Assembly: GCA_001779595.1 (NCBI GenBank)
Contig: MFKO01000002.1
Span: 22,279 to 86,278 of the forward strand
Direction: 5' to 3'
Length of the DNA stretch: 64,000 nt
Origin: Candidatus Kaiserbacteria bacterium RIFCSPHIGHO2_01_FULL_46_22
GTDB taxonomy: Bacteria > Patescibacteriota > Minisyncoccia > Phycocordibacterales > UBA918
Positions 9,656-18,764 of this stretch are shown in pieces. How positions within the stretch are numbered: the stretch's first letter is position 1; each line of letters opens with the position of its first letter. Made by a program: the position numbers and the translations under genes. The notes beneath the pieces were generated by a model. The model worked only from the letters and a program-made list of their open reading frames with translations. It made no database searches and was not told where the DNA came from.

Positions 9656-9688
9656 TCGGTCCTTGACAGCATTCGCTGTCGCATAACA

Positions 9689-9728
9689 GAGCCTTTCCCG
9701 ATACGTTATCGGGAAAGGCTCACTTTTT
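9689..9728 (+). terminator. Intrinsic terminator
   Basis: gagcctttcccgata-cgt-tatcgggaaaggctc followed by acttttt. Confidence 0.8.
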
Positions 9729-9763
9729 AAGTCATACACAAACAAAGGGAGGAGGTGTTTAAA

Positions 9764-9910
9764 ATGTCGCATCCCCGTAATAAGTCCGATGGCGAACCCA
9801 ATCGGGCGAAACGGCGAAAGAAGGAGTTGAAGGAAAAGCAGGGCGGAATCCTGCAGCCGCGTGGCGCACCCGTTGGCCCAGGCAAGAAAAGAAGGGTCAG
9901 GAAGCCTTGA
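9764..9910 (+). CDS. 48-aa highly basic small protein (absent from the ORF track)
   Basis: GGAGGAGGT SD; MSHPRNKSDGEPNRAKRRKKELKEKQGGILQPRGAPVGPGKKRRVRKP; terminator 9917-9952. Confidence 0.6.
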   Translation: MSHPRNKSDGEPNRAKRRKKELKEKQGGILQPRGAPVGPGKKRRVRKP

Positions 9911-9950
9911 TCCACAGGCCCGATCGCGATAGCGATCGGGCCATATTTTT

Positions 9951-10100
9951 TTAATCTCTTTTTTCCTTGTTAAACATTTCTCCAATAATCCCAAACATCA
10001 CACCAAGGAAAATGAAGCTCACTACATTATCTGTGAGAATGCCCATTACAGCTCCCACAAATGTACCTATAGCTATTACTGATCCCCAAGGAAGATTCAT
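9951..10100 (-). CDS. Small 2-TM membrane protein
   Basis: MNLPWGSVIAIGTFVGAVMG... Gly-rich helical hairpin with basic tail. Confidence 0.5.
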   Translation of the reverse strand: MNLPWGSVIAIGTFVGAVMGILTDNVVSFIFLGVMFGIIGEMFNKEKRD

Positions 10101-10185
10101 ATAAAAAACTGTACGCCTTTTTAGGTGAAGGAATAATGTAGGTATTTCCAATTTGCATCCATTATTTTTGCGTTATTATTGAATT

Positions 10186-10584
10186 ATGGAAAAAATACCG
10201 GCTGATCTTAAAAAAGCGCTTGCATCAGCACAGAAAGCAAAAACTATCTGGGACGGTCTGACACCTATTGCCCGCCGAGACTTCATTAGCTGGATAGAAA
10301 GTGCCAAGCAAGTAGAAACACGTAAGCGTCGCGTTGACAGCGTTCCTTCGAGACTTATATCAGGTAAACGTCGTCCGTGTTGTTACGCGCTGGTGCCGAT
10401 GAATCTTTATAAAGCAATTGGACTTAGCGCAAAAGCGAAAACTACTTGGAAAGCGCTTACTCCGGACGAGCGCAGAAATTTCAATGATTTTGTAAATGGA
10501 GTAAAGAATAAAGATCTGCAGAGTGAACGAATAGCAAAGGTTATTTATATACTGGCCTCCGGCAAGAAAAGTCTAGTGAAGTAA
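10186..10584 (+). CDS. YdeI/OmpD-associated family protein (tandem domains)
   Basis: IPADLKKAL...W..LTP..RR.FI.WI.SAK..ETR.RR, repeated twice. Confidence 0.8.
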   Translation: MEKIPADLKKALASAQKAKTIWDGLTPIARRDFISWIESAKQVETRKRRVDSVPSRLISGKRRPCCYALVPMNLYKAIGLSAKAKTTWKALTPDERRNFNDFVNGVKNKDLQSERIAKVIYILASGKKSLVK

Positions 10585-10666
10585 TGATGAAGATGGTAAT
10601 AGAGATCAGTAGGGGTCGTCATCACTATTGTAGGGAGATAGATTACTAACTAAATAACACGATACT

Positions 10667-10900
10667 ATGTTAAAGAATACGCCAGCCGTATTCTTGGCGG
10701 CGATTGTGGCTGTAATCGTAATAACCAGTCCATTAGGCATCAACTATGCCTCGGCCCGTGCTGTCTCCGACCAAGATATCGACTCCCAAGAGGTTGTTGT
10801 TCGAACCGCATCAAGAGAGATGATTGAAGAGTACACACGGTTGTTGCTCTATATGATCATTTTTAAGTTGGAGACCAGAATAGCGGACCAGCAAAAGTAG
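10667..10900 (+). CDS. Small secreted hypothetical protein
   Basis: Signal-peptide-like N-terminus; downstream terminator 10978-11008. Confidence 0.5.
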   Translation: MLKNTPAVFLAAIVAVIVITSPLGINYASARAVSDQDIDSQEVVVRTASREMIEEYTRLLLYMIIFKLETRIADQQK

Positions 10901-11085
10901 AGATTTGAATTGCAACGTTCACAATCTCCATACGCAAATGATGTTTGTCTAAATACAGTATAGACATCTGTGTAAGCAAAAAGCTCGCCTTGCATTGGCG
11001 AGCTTTTTGTATCATAGCCCACTATTTATGGGTAAGATACGCATATAATATTGAAAAGCTGACAAAGAGGTAATATTGTTTCAAT

Positions 11086-11415
11086 ATGACAAACACTAAA
11101 ATTATAGTAGCAACCACTGAAAAGATAGCCGGCAGAGAAGTGACAGAGATTTTAGGACTGGTCCGCGGCAACACCATAAGGGCAAGGCATATTGGCAGTG
11201 ATATCGGAGCGAGCCTGAAGAGTCTGGTCGGAGGAGAAATAAAAGGTTATGTAGTGGCAATGACTGACGCCCGCGAAGAGGCATTGTCCAGAATGCTTGA
11301 TGAAGCATCTTTGCTAGGCGCGGATGCGGTAATCGGAATGCGTTTCACTACTTCACAAATAATGACTGGTGCCGCGGAAGTTCTAGCGTACGGCACAGCG
11401 GTAAAATTAAATTAG
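11086..11415 (+). CDS. YbjQ / UPF0145 family protein
   Basis: LGLVRG...DIGASLKSLVGGE...AREEALSRM...GADAVIGMRF...AYGTAV. Confidence 0.9.
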   Translation: MTNTKIIVATTEKIAGREVTEILGLVRGNTIRARHIGSDIGASLKSLVGGEIKGYVVAMTDAREEALSRMLDEASLLGADAVIGMRFTTSQIMTGAAEVLAYGTAVKLN

Positions 11416-11427
11416 CTTCTGACTAAG

Positions 11428-11787
11428 ATGAGTAATGTGTTCCGGACGGATAAAATGGTGGTACGTTATGACGACTATAAGAAAACCGCTGCTTTTCTAA
11501 GCAGGTGTGTGCTTTGTAATAAATCAGCACTCCAGGATTTTAAGTATTGGCGGATTACTAAAAACGACTTTCCTTACGATCGTATCGCAAAGGTGCACGA
11601 TATGATAATCCCGCTTCGTCACACGAATGAGGCCGGTTTGACTGCCGATGAGACAGCCGAATTGTTGATGATCAAACAGCAGTATTTGCAGGATTATGAA
11701 TACATAATAGAAGCAGCTGAAACACGTCGTTCAATACCGGAACATTTTCACTTACATCTTATACAGAGCAAGACTGAATACACCTAA
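11428..11787 (+). CDS. HIT-like protein
   Basis: CVLC, NDFPY, C-terminal HFHLH histidine triad. Confidence 0.65.
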   Translation: MSNVFRTDKMVVRYDDYKKTAAFLSRCVLCNKSALQDFKYWRITKNDFPYDRIAKVHDMIIPLRHTNEAGLTADETAELLMIKQQYLQDYEYIIEAAETRRSIPEHFHLHLIQSKTEYT

Positions 11788-11831
11788 ACTTCATAAAGTA
11801 TTACTAGAATAATAAGGTGTATAATTTTGGT

Positions 11832-12314
11832 ATGAAACCTACGATCATCATTTTCTTGGCGATGTCGTTGTTAGTGGGTGCAGGTTTTTTAACTTGGAGG
11901 AAAGATACAGCGTCTCTGAATGATGATGCGACAAAGAACATTCAGGCAGAAGATCAAAACCAGAGCTTGGAGTTGGAAGACAATGAGTGGGTGTGGCTCT
12001 ATACCGAACTACAGAATGGACAAAAGGTGACTGCGCCAGAAGGAAACGAATTTGTAATTTCTTTTGATTCAAAAGCCGGACGCATTGTCAGTCGTACAGA
12101 CTGCAATAGCTTGTCAGGTATTTTTGCCAAGGATGGAGAGGTGTTAAGTATGGGTGAATTCGTCTCTACTAAAATGTATTGCGAAGGATCTATGGAAGGC
12201 GTGTACGTCGATCATTTAGCGCTAGTTAACTCATTTGTTATTGAAGGCAAGACACTTCGCCTTATCCAGAATCGTGATTACGGCGTAATGGTTTTTGAGC
12301 TAGTCAGCTCATAA
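11832..12314 (+). CDS. META-domain protein
   Basis: TDCNSLSG...STKMYC; N-terminal TM; TATAAT-6-ATG. Confidence 0.8.
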   Translation: MKPTIIIFLAMSLLVGAGFLTWRKDTASLNDDATKNIQAEDQNQSLELEDNEWVWLYTELQNGQKVTAPEGNEFVISFDSKAGRIVSRTDCNSLSGIFAKDGEVLSMGEFVSTKMYCEGSMEGVYVDHLALVNSFVIEGKTLRLIQNRDYGVMVFELVSS

Positions 12315-12324
12315 TGTAATTAGT

Positions 12325-12612
12325 ATGGATTGGATATATCAAAGTAATTTGAACGGAGGACCGGAATGGTTTGGTCTTGGTTTGTGGCCAGCCTTAACCA
12401 TTCTGCCATTGATTCTCTGGGGCTTAGGATGGAAAGGTTGGGCTATGTGGTTGGCAGCTCGGCGGGGAGAAACACCGTGGTTTATCGCCTTGCTCATCAT
12501 CAACACAGCTGGTCTTTTGGAAATCTTCTACATTTTTGTGATTGCCAAAAGAAAAGATACGGAAGAAGAAGCATTGAAAGTAGTGCCAGAGGAACAGTCT
12601 AATAAATCATAA
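12325..12612 (+). CDS. DUF5652-like membrane protein
   Basis: WKGWAMWLAARRGE..WFIALLIINTAGLLEIFYIF. Confidence 0.75.
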   Translation: MDWIYQSNLNGGPEWFGLGLWPALTILPLILWGLGWKGWAMWLAARRGETPWFIALLIINTAGLLEIFYIFVIAKRKDTEEEALKVVPEEQSNKS

Positions 12613-12616
12613 ATCT

Positions 12617-13195
12617 ATGAAAATTTTTGCTTTCATCGCGATAATAGTTGCGGCTATCGGTGTGTGGTATATCTGGGCGGCGATGCTAAATGGCGGTAGT
12701 AGTTTAGTCGATATAAATCCTGATCCATCACCGCAGGATATACGTTCTTTCGAGGATTGTGAGAAGGCTGGTTATCCGGTGATGGAAAGTTATCCTCGTC
12801 AGTGTGCCGTGCCAGACGGTCGCACTTATACAGAAGAAATTGTGGTTGAGGCCACTTATGAAAATGCCGATGAGGATATGATTGTAGTTGACCTACCTAA
12901 TCCTGGCGCAGTGGTAGGGAAGGAATTTAAAGTAATTGGTGAGGCGCGCGGCAATTGGTTTTTTGAAGCGTCGTTTCCTGTAGAAGTTGTGGCGGATAAC
13001 GGAACAGTGTTAGCGCGTACTTATGCCACAGCCGTCGGGGACTGGATGACAACTGAATTTGTAGATTTTACCTCTGATATCAAAGTTCCTGATTCATATA
13101 TTGGCCCAGCTACTTTGATATTGCGAAAAGATAATCCTTCAGGTTTGCCAGAAAATGACGCGTCGGTTTCTTTCCCGATTGTGATTGAGTACTAA
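12617..13195 (+). CDS. Gmad2 Ig-like domain protein
   Basis: SFEDCEKAGYPVMESYPRQC; GEARGNWFFEASFPV; KDNPSGLPEND. Confidence 0.8.
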   Translation: MKIFAFIAIIVAAIGVWYIWAAMLNGGSSLVDINPDPSPQDIRSFEDCEKAGYPVMESYPRQCAVPDGRTYTEEIVVEATYENADEDMIVVDLPNPGAVVGKEFKVIGEARGNWFFEASFPVEVVADNGTVLARTYATAVGDWMTTEFVDFTSDIKVPDSYIGPATLILRKDNPSGLPENDASVSFPIVIEY

Positions 13196-13210
13196 TAGAG
13201 AGGTATTAAG

Positions 13211-13507
13211 GTGAAAAATTTATCGTTCAAAGCAAAGGTATGGCTGTGGCCTGGGGAATCAGCTAGTTGGCATTTCACATCAGTGCCTAAGGAAGAAAGT
13301 GTTAAGTTGCGTGAGAAGTATAAAGGGCTACACCGCGGCTGGAACTCTATTAAAGTACAAGCAAAGGTTGGAAAAACAGTATGGGAAACATCCATCTTTT
13401 TCGACAGTAAGAGTGCGCAGTATATGTTGCCGCTCAAAGCTTCTGTCCGTAAAGCGGAAGGGATATTTCACGGTGATCCAATTCAGGTTAAACTAAAGAT
13501 TCTATAA
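13211..13507 (+). CDS. DUF1905-family protein
   Basis: W.WPG...WHF..VP...W.TSIF...YMLPLKASVRKAEG. Confidence 0.75.
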   Translation: MKNLSFKAKVWLWPGESASWHFTSVPKEESVKLREKYKGLHRGWNSIKVQAKVGKTVWETSIFFDSKSAQYMLPLKASVRKAEGIFHGDPIQVKLKIL

Positions 13508-13508
13508 A

Positions 13509-14387
13509 TTGAAACTGTCAGATATGTTGAAGCCGGAAAATCGAACGGTTAAAGGATGGTCAGACTACGCCCTTTTGGACAGTGGTGAAGGAATGAAGTT
13601 GGAACGTTTTGGTGATCTCACTTTGGCGCGTCCAGACACCCAGGCGATTTGGCAAAAGCATTCTCCTAAAGAATGGCGTGAGGCCGACGCAACTTTCAGC
13701 TTGAAAGAAGGTAAGGGGCGATGGCAGAAAAAAGCATCCGCGCCGGAACGTGCTTTGATGAGCTTTGGCGATGTGCAGTTCAGTATTCGTCTTGGTAGCT
13801 TTAAACACATTGGTGTATTTCCTGAGCAAGCTGATAACTGGCGGTTCATCAAAGAACAAGTAGAAAAGCAGAAGGAGCCAAAGGTATTAAATCTTTTTGG
13901 TTATACCGGTGTAGCTACTTTGGTGGCAGCAAAAGCTGGCGCACACGTTACTCACGTTGATGCGTCTAAGCAATCTCTAGACTTGGCGAGTGCTAATGCT
14001 GGTTTATCGGAGTTGCCTAAAGATCGCGTGCGGTGGATTCCAGACGACGCTTTAGCATTTGTAAAGCGTGAGGCTCGACGCGGTACTCGTTACGACGGCA
14101 TTGTACTCGATCCACCAGCCTTCGGCCGTGGCGCCAAGGGACAGGTGTGGCATATTGAGCAGGATCTACCAAAGCTTTTAGTTGTTCTCAAAGACCTGCT
14201 ATCTGAAAAGCCCAGCTCGTTTTTGGTATTAAATGGGTATGCGGCCGGTTATAGCGCAACAACATTTTCTCAGCTAGTACTGGAACAGTTTCCGACTCTG
14301 AAGGGCACGTACGGCGAGCTACTACTGGCTGAAGAAAACGGAAATCGTCAGTTGCCGAGTGGTATCTATGTGCGTGGTCAGATATGA
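13509..14387 (+). CDS. Class I SAM-dependent methyltransferase (RlmI/RlmK-like)
   Basis: VLNLFGYTG, HVDAS, IVLDPPAFG motifs. Confidence 0.85.
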   Translation: MKLSDMLKPENRTVKGWSDYALLDSGEGMKLERFGDLTLARPDTQAIWQKHSPKEWREADATFSLKEGKGRWQKKASAPERALMSFGDVQFSIRLGSFKHIGVFPEQADNWRFIKEQVEKQKEPKVLNLFGYTGVATLVAAKAGAHVTHVDASKQSLDLASANAGLSELPKDRVRWIPDDALAFVKREARRGTRYDGIVLDPPAFGRGAKGQVWHIEQDLPKLLVVLKDLLSEKPSSFLVLNGYAAGYSATTFSQLVLEQFPTLKGTYGELLLAEENGNRQLPSGIYVRGQI

Positions 14388-14710
14388 AGCGGAAAGTATT
14401 AGGAAAAACTTTTTCTGAAAGAGTAGTCGAACTAGCCTGTAGCGTGCCTTCAGGCCGAGTGACAACCTATGGTGACTTGGCGAGAGCGGCTGGCGGTACA
14501 CCAATGACAGCACAGGGGATTTCGGGAATTTTAGGTAAGGCAGAAAAAAACGGTGTGAAAGGTATTCCTTGGCATCGGATTGTTTATAGTGACGGTCGAG
14601 TTTGGCTTGATGAAGAACATCGAGATGCTCGATTGAAGCTTTATAAAAAAGAAAAAATTAAACTTGATGAAAAGAATCGAGTGATTGATTTTGATTTAAA
14701 AAGGTTTTAA
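14384..14710 (+). CDS. Alkyltransferase-like protein (ATL, MGMT family)
   Basis: VPSGRVTTYGDLA and PWHRIV (Trp replaces the active Cys of PCHR). Confidence 0.85.
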   Translation: MKRKVLGKTFSERVVELACSVPSGRVTTYGDLARAAGGTPMTAQGISGILGKAEKNGVKGIPWHRIVYSDGRVWLDEEHRDARLKLYKKEKIKLDEKNRVIDFDLKRF

Positions 14711-14790
14711 CCTCGGTTTAATCGTGATAGGGTGTTTATAGAAGGACAGACTCGCTGTACTTCGCAAAAACCTGTACAAGGAGAATAGAA

Positions 14791-15144
14791 ATGTTACCTG
14801 ATTGGACAGGAAAGGCTGTGGCAGGTGCCGCAGTGGGCGCCGTAGCTGCTATGATCGTCGGCTTCGCGTGGGGTGGTTGGATGACCAGTGGGTCGGCTGC
14901 GACGATGGCGAAAGCCGAATCGCAGAAGGCAGTAGTTGCTGCCCTTACTCCGATCTGCGTCAAGCAGGCGGAAGTTGATCCGGAACGCACGGTGAAGCTC
15001 GCGGCGTTGGGCGCGTTATCTTCGTACCAGCGGAGCGACGAGCTCGTGAAGACCGGCTGGGCAACAATGCCTGGTCACGACAAGCCGGCCGACAGGGCCG
15101 TCATCTCAGCTTGTCTCAACGAACTGGCCAAGAGTCTGAAGTAG
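14791..15144 (+). CDS. Hypothetical membrane-anchored protein, GC-rich and SD-led
   Basis: AGGAG SD; IVGFAWGGWMTSGSA...PICV...GWATMPG; terminator 15164-15200. Confidence 0.75.
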   Translation: MLPDWTGKAVAGAAVGAVAAMIVGFAWGGWMTSGSAATMAKAESQKAVVAALTPICVKQAEVDPERTVKLAALGALSSYQRSDELVKTGWATMPGHDKPADRAVISACLNELAKSLK

Positions 15145-15197
15145 TTCAGACGAGAACACAATAGTGCGCCGTTCGGTTATACCGAACGGCGCATATT

Positions 15198-15935
15198 TTA
15201 TTTGTATGGGTCCTTTTGAGCGTAAATGGAGACGGTGCGACGCTTGCGGGCTTTGCCGTGAGCGCGATGCTTGTGTGAACGGTATATCTTTTTGACGATG
15301 AATTTTTCGGACAGAAATTCAAGCAACTCATTTTCGCCATAGGCGTGTTCGGGCACACCGATCACTGGGTGGATGTAGCTTCCAGGTTCATTGGCTGGAA
15401 ATTCTTTGAGTAATCGTATCGTGTGGAGGTCGTCGTCACGCAAGAAAGTTTTCATAAACAACCAACCACCTGGTCGTAAAACTCGATGTATTTCATTTCG
15501 TAGCACTTCGCGTTCGGACGCAACTAAAAAGTGCGATGTCATCATATCGAGAACAAGATCTTGCGAAGCGTCGGGAAGATCAATTGTTCCTGCAATACTG
15601 CGGGCCTCGTAAGTGATTGGCAGGCCTGAAGACAAGCGTTTAGCCTCAGCCACAGCCGCGGTTGAAAGGTCATAACCTACACCAGTGACGCCAAACTCAC
15701 GTGCCAAAAAAATGAGGTTACGGCCGTTGCCGCTGCCTAGGTCTAGAGCCTTGGCGTGCTTATTTAATGCCAGCTCATTTTTTTGGCGCGAGAGCCAACG
15801 TGTAAATTTGGCAAAGTCCTCGCTCTCGTCTTCTGACAACGCCAAATGCTCCCCGCCAGAGGCGTACTCGCTGTCCCAGAAAGTAACACCGTGTTGCTTT
15901 CGCTTCTGTTTTCGTATGAAAGGTCTCTTGGCCAT
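15198..15935 (-). CDS. Class I SAM-dependent methyltransferase
   Basis: ALDLGSGNGRN; HRVLRPGG. Confidence 0.85.
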   Translation of the reverse strand: MAKRPFIRKQKRKQHGVTFWDSEYASGGEHLALSEDESEDFAKFTRWLSRQKNELALNKHAKALDLGSGNGRNLIFLAREFGVTGVGYDLSTAAVAEAKRLSSGLPITYEARSIAGTIDLPDASQDLVLDMMTSHFLVASEREVLRNEIHRVLRPGGWLFMKTFLRDDDLHTIRLLKEFPANEPGSYIHPVIGVPEHAYGENELLEFLSEKFIVKKIYRSHKHRAHGKARKRRTVSIYAQKDPYK

Positions 15936-15977
15936 ATAACAAGGCGAATCCTACCATATTATGCTAGGATTTGGCGG

Positions 15978-16721
15978 ATGGAAATCTATATATATGGCCG
16001 CCATGCCGTCGAAGAGGCTTTACAGCGCCGGCCTGACATTGTGCTTGGTGTGCATTTGGCGAGCGCTATCGCTATCGACCCGGATTTGTTAGGTGAATAC
16101 TTAAAGAAGGGAGGACGGGCTGATGACCTGACTAAGCGCGCATTATCGGAGATTCCTAAAGATGCCGCGCACCAGGGAGCAGTGGCTCGCCTCAATATCG
16201 ATAAATTCCTTATACCTTTTAAGGAGTTTAAGAATGATTTTGTCCCGACCCAGGACACCTCGATCATTGTGTTGGGTGAATTGACTGATCCACATAACGT
16301 TGGCGCGATTATTCGTTCCGCCGCCGCATTCGGCGTTAGTGCTGTGTTGATACCAGAGCACCGTCAGGCTCCGATTAACGGTACGGTTATAAAGGTATCA
16401 ACCGGCACCGCTTTTAGTATCCCGCTCGTTTTGGTTGGCAATGTGAACAGCGCACTTCGTGATCTCAAAGATAAAGGTTGCTGGGTCTATGGGCTCGATA
16501 TGGAAGGAGACGCTCCTTTACCAACTGAAGATTTCCGCCGGCCAAGTGTCTTTGTGGTAGGCAATGAAGGCAAGGGAATCCGTGAAAAGACAGTTGCATT
16601 GTGCGATTCAATTTTGACCATCCCTATTCATTCACGAGCGGAGTCATTAAACGCCGCAGCCGCAGCCGCGACAGTTATGTACGCCTGGAGTGCTCGACAC
16701 CCTGATGCTGTTAAGAAATAA
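15978..16721 (+). CDS. rlmB: 23S rRNA Gm2251 methyltransferase (TrmH/SpoU family)
   Basis: YGRHAVEEAL, HQG, DPHNVGAIIRSA, VGNEGKGI, ESLNA. Confidence 0.85.
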   Translation: MEIYIYGRHAVEEALQRRPDIVLGVHLASAIAIDPDLLGEYLKKGGRADDLTKRALSEIPKDAAHQGAVARLNIDKFLIPFKEFKNDFVPTQDTSIIVLGELTDPHNVGAIIRSAAAFGVSAVLIPEHRQAPINGTVIKVSTGTAFSIPLVLVGNVNSALRDLKDKGCWVYGLDMEGDAPLPTEDFRRPSVFVVGNEGKGIREKTVALCDSILTIPIHSRAESLNAAAAAATVMYAWSARHPDAVKK

Positions 16722-16739
16722 GTTATAATATTTGTCATT

Positions 16740-17369
16740 ATGCTAAAGAAACATTTTTGGAAGATCGCCGCTCTTATTGCTGTTTTGGCTTTAGGCGGAG
16801 CAATTTATTACTCAAAACAAGCCTCAGAGAAAGCCAATGAAGGGGTAACTATTTCTTCTCACATCAAAGGCAATCCGGAAGCAAGAGTTGAACTTGTTGA
16901 GTATAGTGACTTTCAGTGTCCAGCCTGCGCTCAGTTCTATCCTTATGTAAAAGACTTGCTGGACGAACACGGATCATCAATACGTTTTGAATACCGACAC
17001 TTCCCGCTGGTGACAGTTCACCCCGTAGCTATCCCGGCAGCACGTGCCGCCGAAGCCGCCAGTCAGCAAGGCAAGTTTTGGGAAATGCATGACAAGTTGT
17101 TTGAAAACCAAAGTGCTTGGAGTAAGGCAAGTAATGCAAACGCACTTTTTGTTCAGTATGCCGAAGAACTTGATCTTGACGTCTCGTTATTCAAGAGTCA
17201 TATGAACGCTTCACTAATCGACGAAGCTATCAGCAAGAGCTTTGAGGACGCACGCACTCGCGGTTTCTCCGGTACTCCTACCTTCCTCCTAAACGGAGAA
17301 CTGATGCAGTTCACAACCTTCGACGAATTCCGAACAGCTATCGAGGAAGCAATTGCAGAGGCTTCATAG
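16740..17369 (+). CDS. DsbA-family thioredoxin-fold protein
   Basis: EYSDFQCPAC, RHFPL, GTPTF. Confidence 0.9.
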   Translation: MLKKHFWKIAALIAVLALGGAIYYSKQASEKANEGVTISSHIKGNPEARVELVEYSDFQCPACAQFYPYVKDLLDEHGSSIRFEYRHFPLVTVHPVAIPAARAAEAASQQGKFWEMHDKLFENQSAWSKASNANALFVQYAEELDLDVSLFKSHMNASLIDEAISKSFEDARTRGFSGTPTFLLNGELMQFTTFDEFRTAIEEAIAEAS

Positions 17370-17459
17370 AGGTTTTTAGACTTTCAAAGAAAGCGTGTCC
17401 TAATGCGGGTGGAGTACAAGACCGTGTTAGGATTTTGCACACTTTAGCTATTGAACTAT

Positions 17460-18743
17460 ATGCCCAAGGCCAAAAAGAACATCATAGCCTATGTCTCCAG
17501 AGTGCCGTTGGAAGCGGTCGTCGATATTCGTGCTTGGGAAAAAGAAACCGGCGAGAAGTATCGGATAATGCTGATAGAGAATTCAGTCCGCAAATTAACC
17601 AAAAGGCAAAGCGGGGCTTCGCTATCAGGCGTTGATATCGTTTTATCTTTAGACTTTGACAGCGAGGATTCTTTGCAGGAAGGTATTGCTCCTTATCAAG
17701 ATCAGCTTTGTGCCATTTCGAGTCGAGTCGAGTCGTATTTGGCTGATTTCATAAAGATAATCCCCTTCGTACCGTATCTACATACACCAACACCTGAGTC
17801 TCTAAAGTGGGCTAGTGACAAACGCTTAATGCGTCGTCATTTCAAGATTGCCGATTCATCCCTTTCACCAAAATATACTTTGGTTAAAAGCGCGGAAGAT
17901 GCGGAGTTGGATAGGGTTATTAATAAGGTTGGCTTGCCACTTATTGTAAAACCCACCAACTTAGCTCAGAGCTTGCTGATCACTGTATGTCACCATCGTG
18001 ATGAACTGCGAAAAGCTGTAAAGGACATACTTAAAAATATCGACAAGGTGTACGAAGAAAACGGTCGTACCGAAAAACCACGTGTTATTGCCGAGCATTA
18101 TATGGAGGGCCTGCAGTATTCTATTGATGCGTACGTATCGGCTCGCGGAAAGGTTATTTGTTGCCCTCTGGTAAGACAAAAGACCGGTCACGATATAGGC
18201 CGTGATGATTTCTTTGGTTATTTGCAGTCAACTCCAACTGCTCTATCTTCTGCGACTGTCAACAAAGCGGAAGATGTTGTCCGAAGAGGAGTTTATGCTC
18301 TTGGTCTTCGCAATACCACCGTGCACGTAGAGTTGATGAGGATAGATAACGATTGGAAAATTATAGAAATTGGCGCACGTATAGGTGGTTTTCGGCCGCA
18401 GCTGCACCGACTCTCTTGTGGTATCAATCACGGCATGAACGACATCTTAGTTAGAATGGGTAAACCACCAGTGGTACCTCGTCGTTGCAAGCGTTTCTCT
18501 GCAGCAATCAAATACTATGCGAAAGAGGAGGGTGAAATAGTCAGTATTCTTGGTTTGAAGAAAATTGAAAAGCTGAACTCCTTTCACCAGATAGAAATGC
18601 GTAAAAAGCGTGGAGATAAAAGTGTGTTTGCCAAAAACGGCGGCGGCGCCATATTTGTCCTATATTTGGTTAATGACAGCCGCGCGGAACTTCTAGCTGA
18701 TATTCGTCGCGTTGAAGCAACAGTGAAAGTGGAAGTAGATTAG
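17460..18743 (+). CDS. ATP-grasp ligase (L-amino-acid-ligase-like)
   Basis: SDKRLMR, PLIVKP, AEHYMEG, HVEL...IIEIGARIGG. Confidence 0.8.
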   Translation: MPKAKKNIIAYVSRVPLEAVVDIRAWEKETGEKYRIMLIENSVRKLTKRQSGASLSGVDIVLSLDFDSEDSLQEGIAPYQDQLCAISSRVESYLADFIKIIPFVPYLHTPTPESLKWASDKRLMRRHFKIADSSLSPKYTLVKSAEDAELDRVINKVGLPLIVKPTNLAQSLLITVCHHRDELRKAVKDILKNIDKVYEENGRTEKPRVIAEHYMEGLQYSIDAYVSARGKVICCPLVRQKTGHDIGRDDFFGYLQSTPTALSSATVNKAEDVVRRGVYALGLRNTTVHVELMRIDNDWKIIEIGARIGGFRPQLHRLSCGINHGMNDILVRMGKPPVVPRRCKRFSAAIKYYAKEEGEIVSILGLKKIEKLNSFHQIEMRKKRGDKSVFAKNGGGAIFVLYLVNDSRAELLADIRRVEATVKVEVD

Positions 18744-18764
18744 TTTTACTCGTATCCATTATTT

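Noticed and set aside
9251-9994. 247-aa minus-strand ORF and other overlapping frames
   Set aside because: Shadow of GC-rich plus-strand genes; it crosses two terminators and lacks expression signals.
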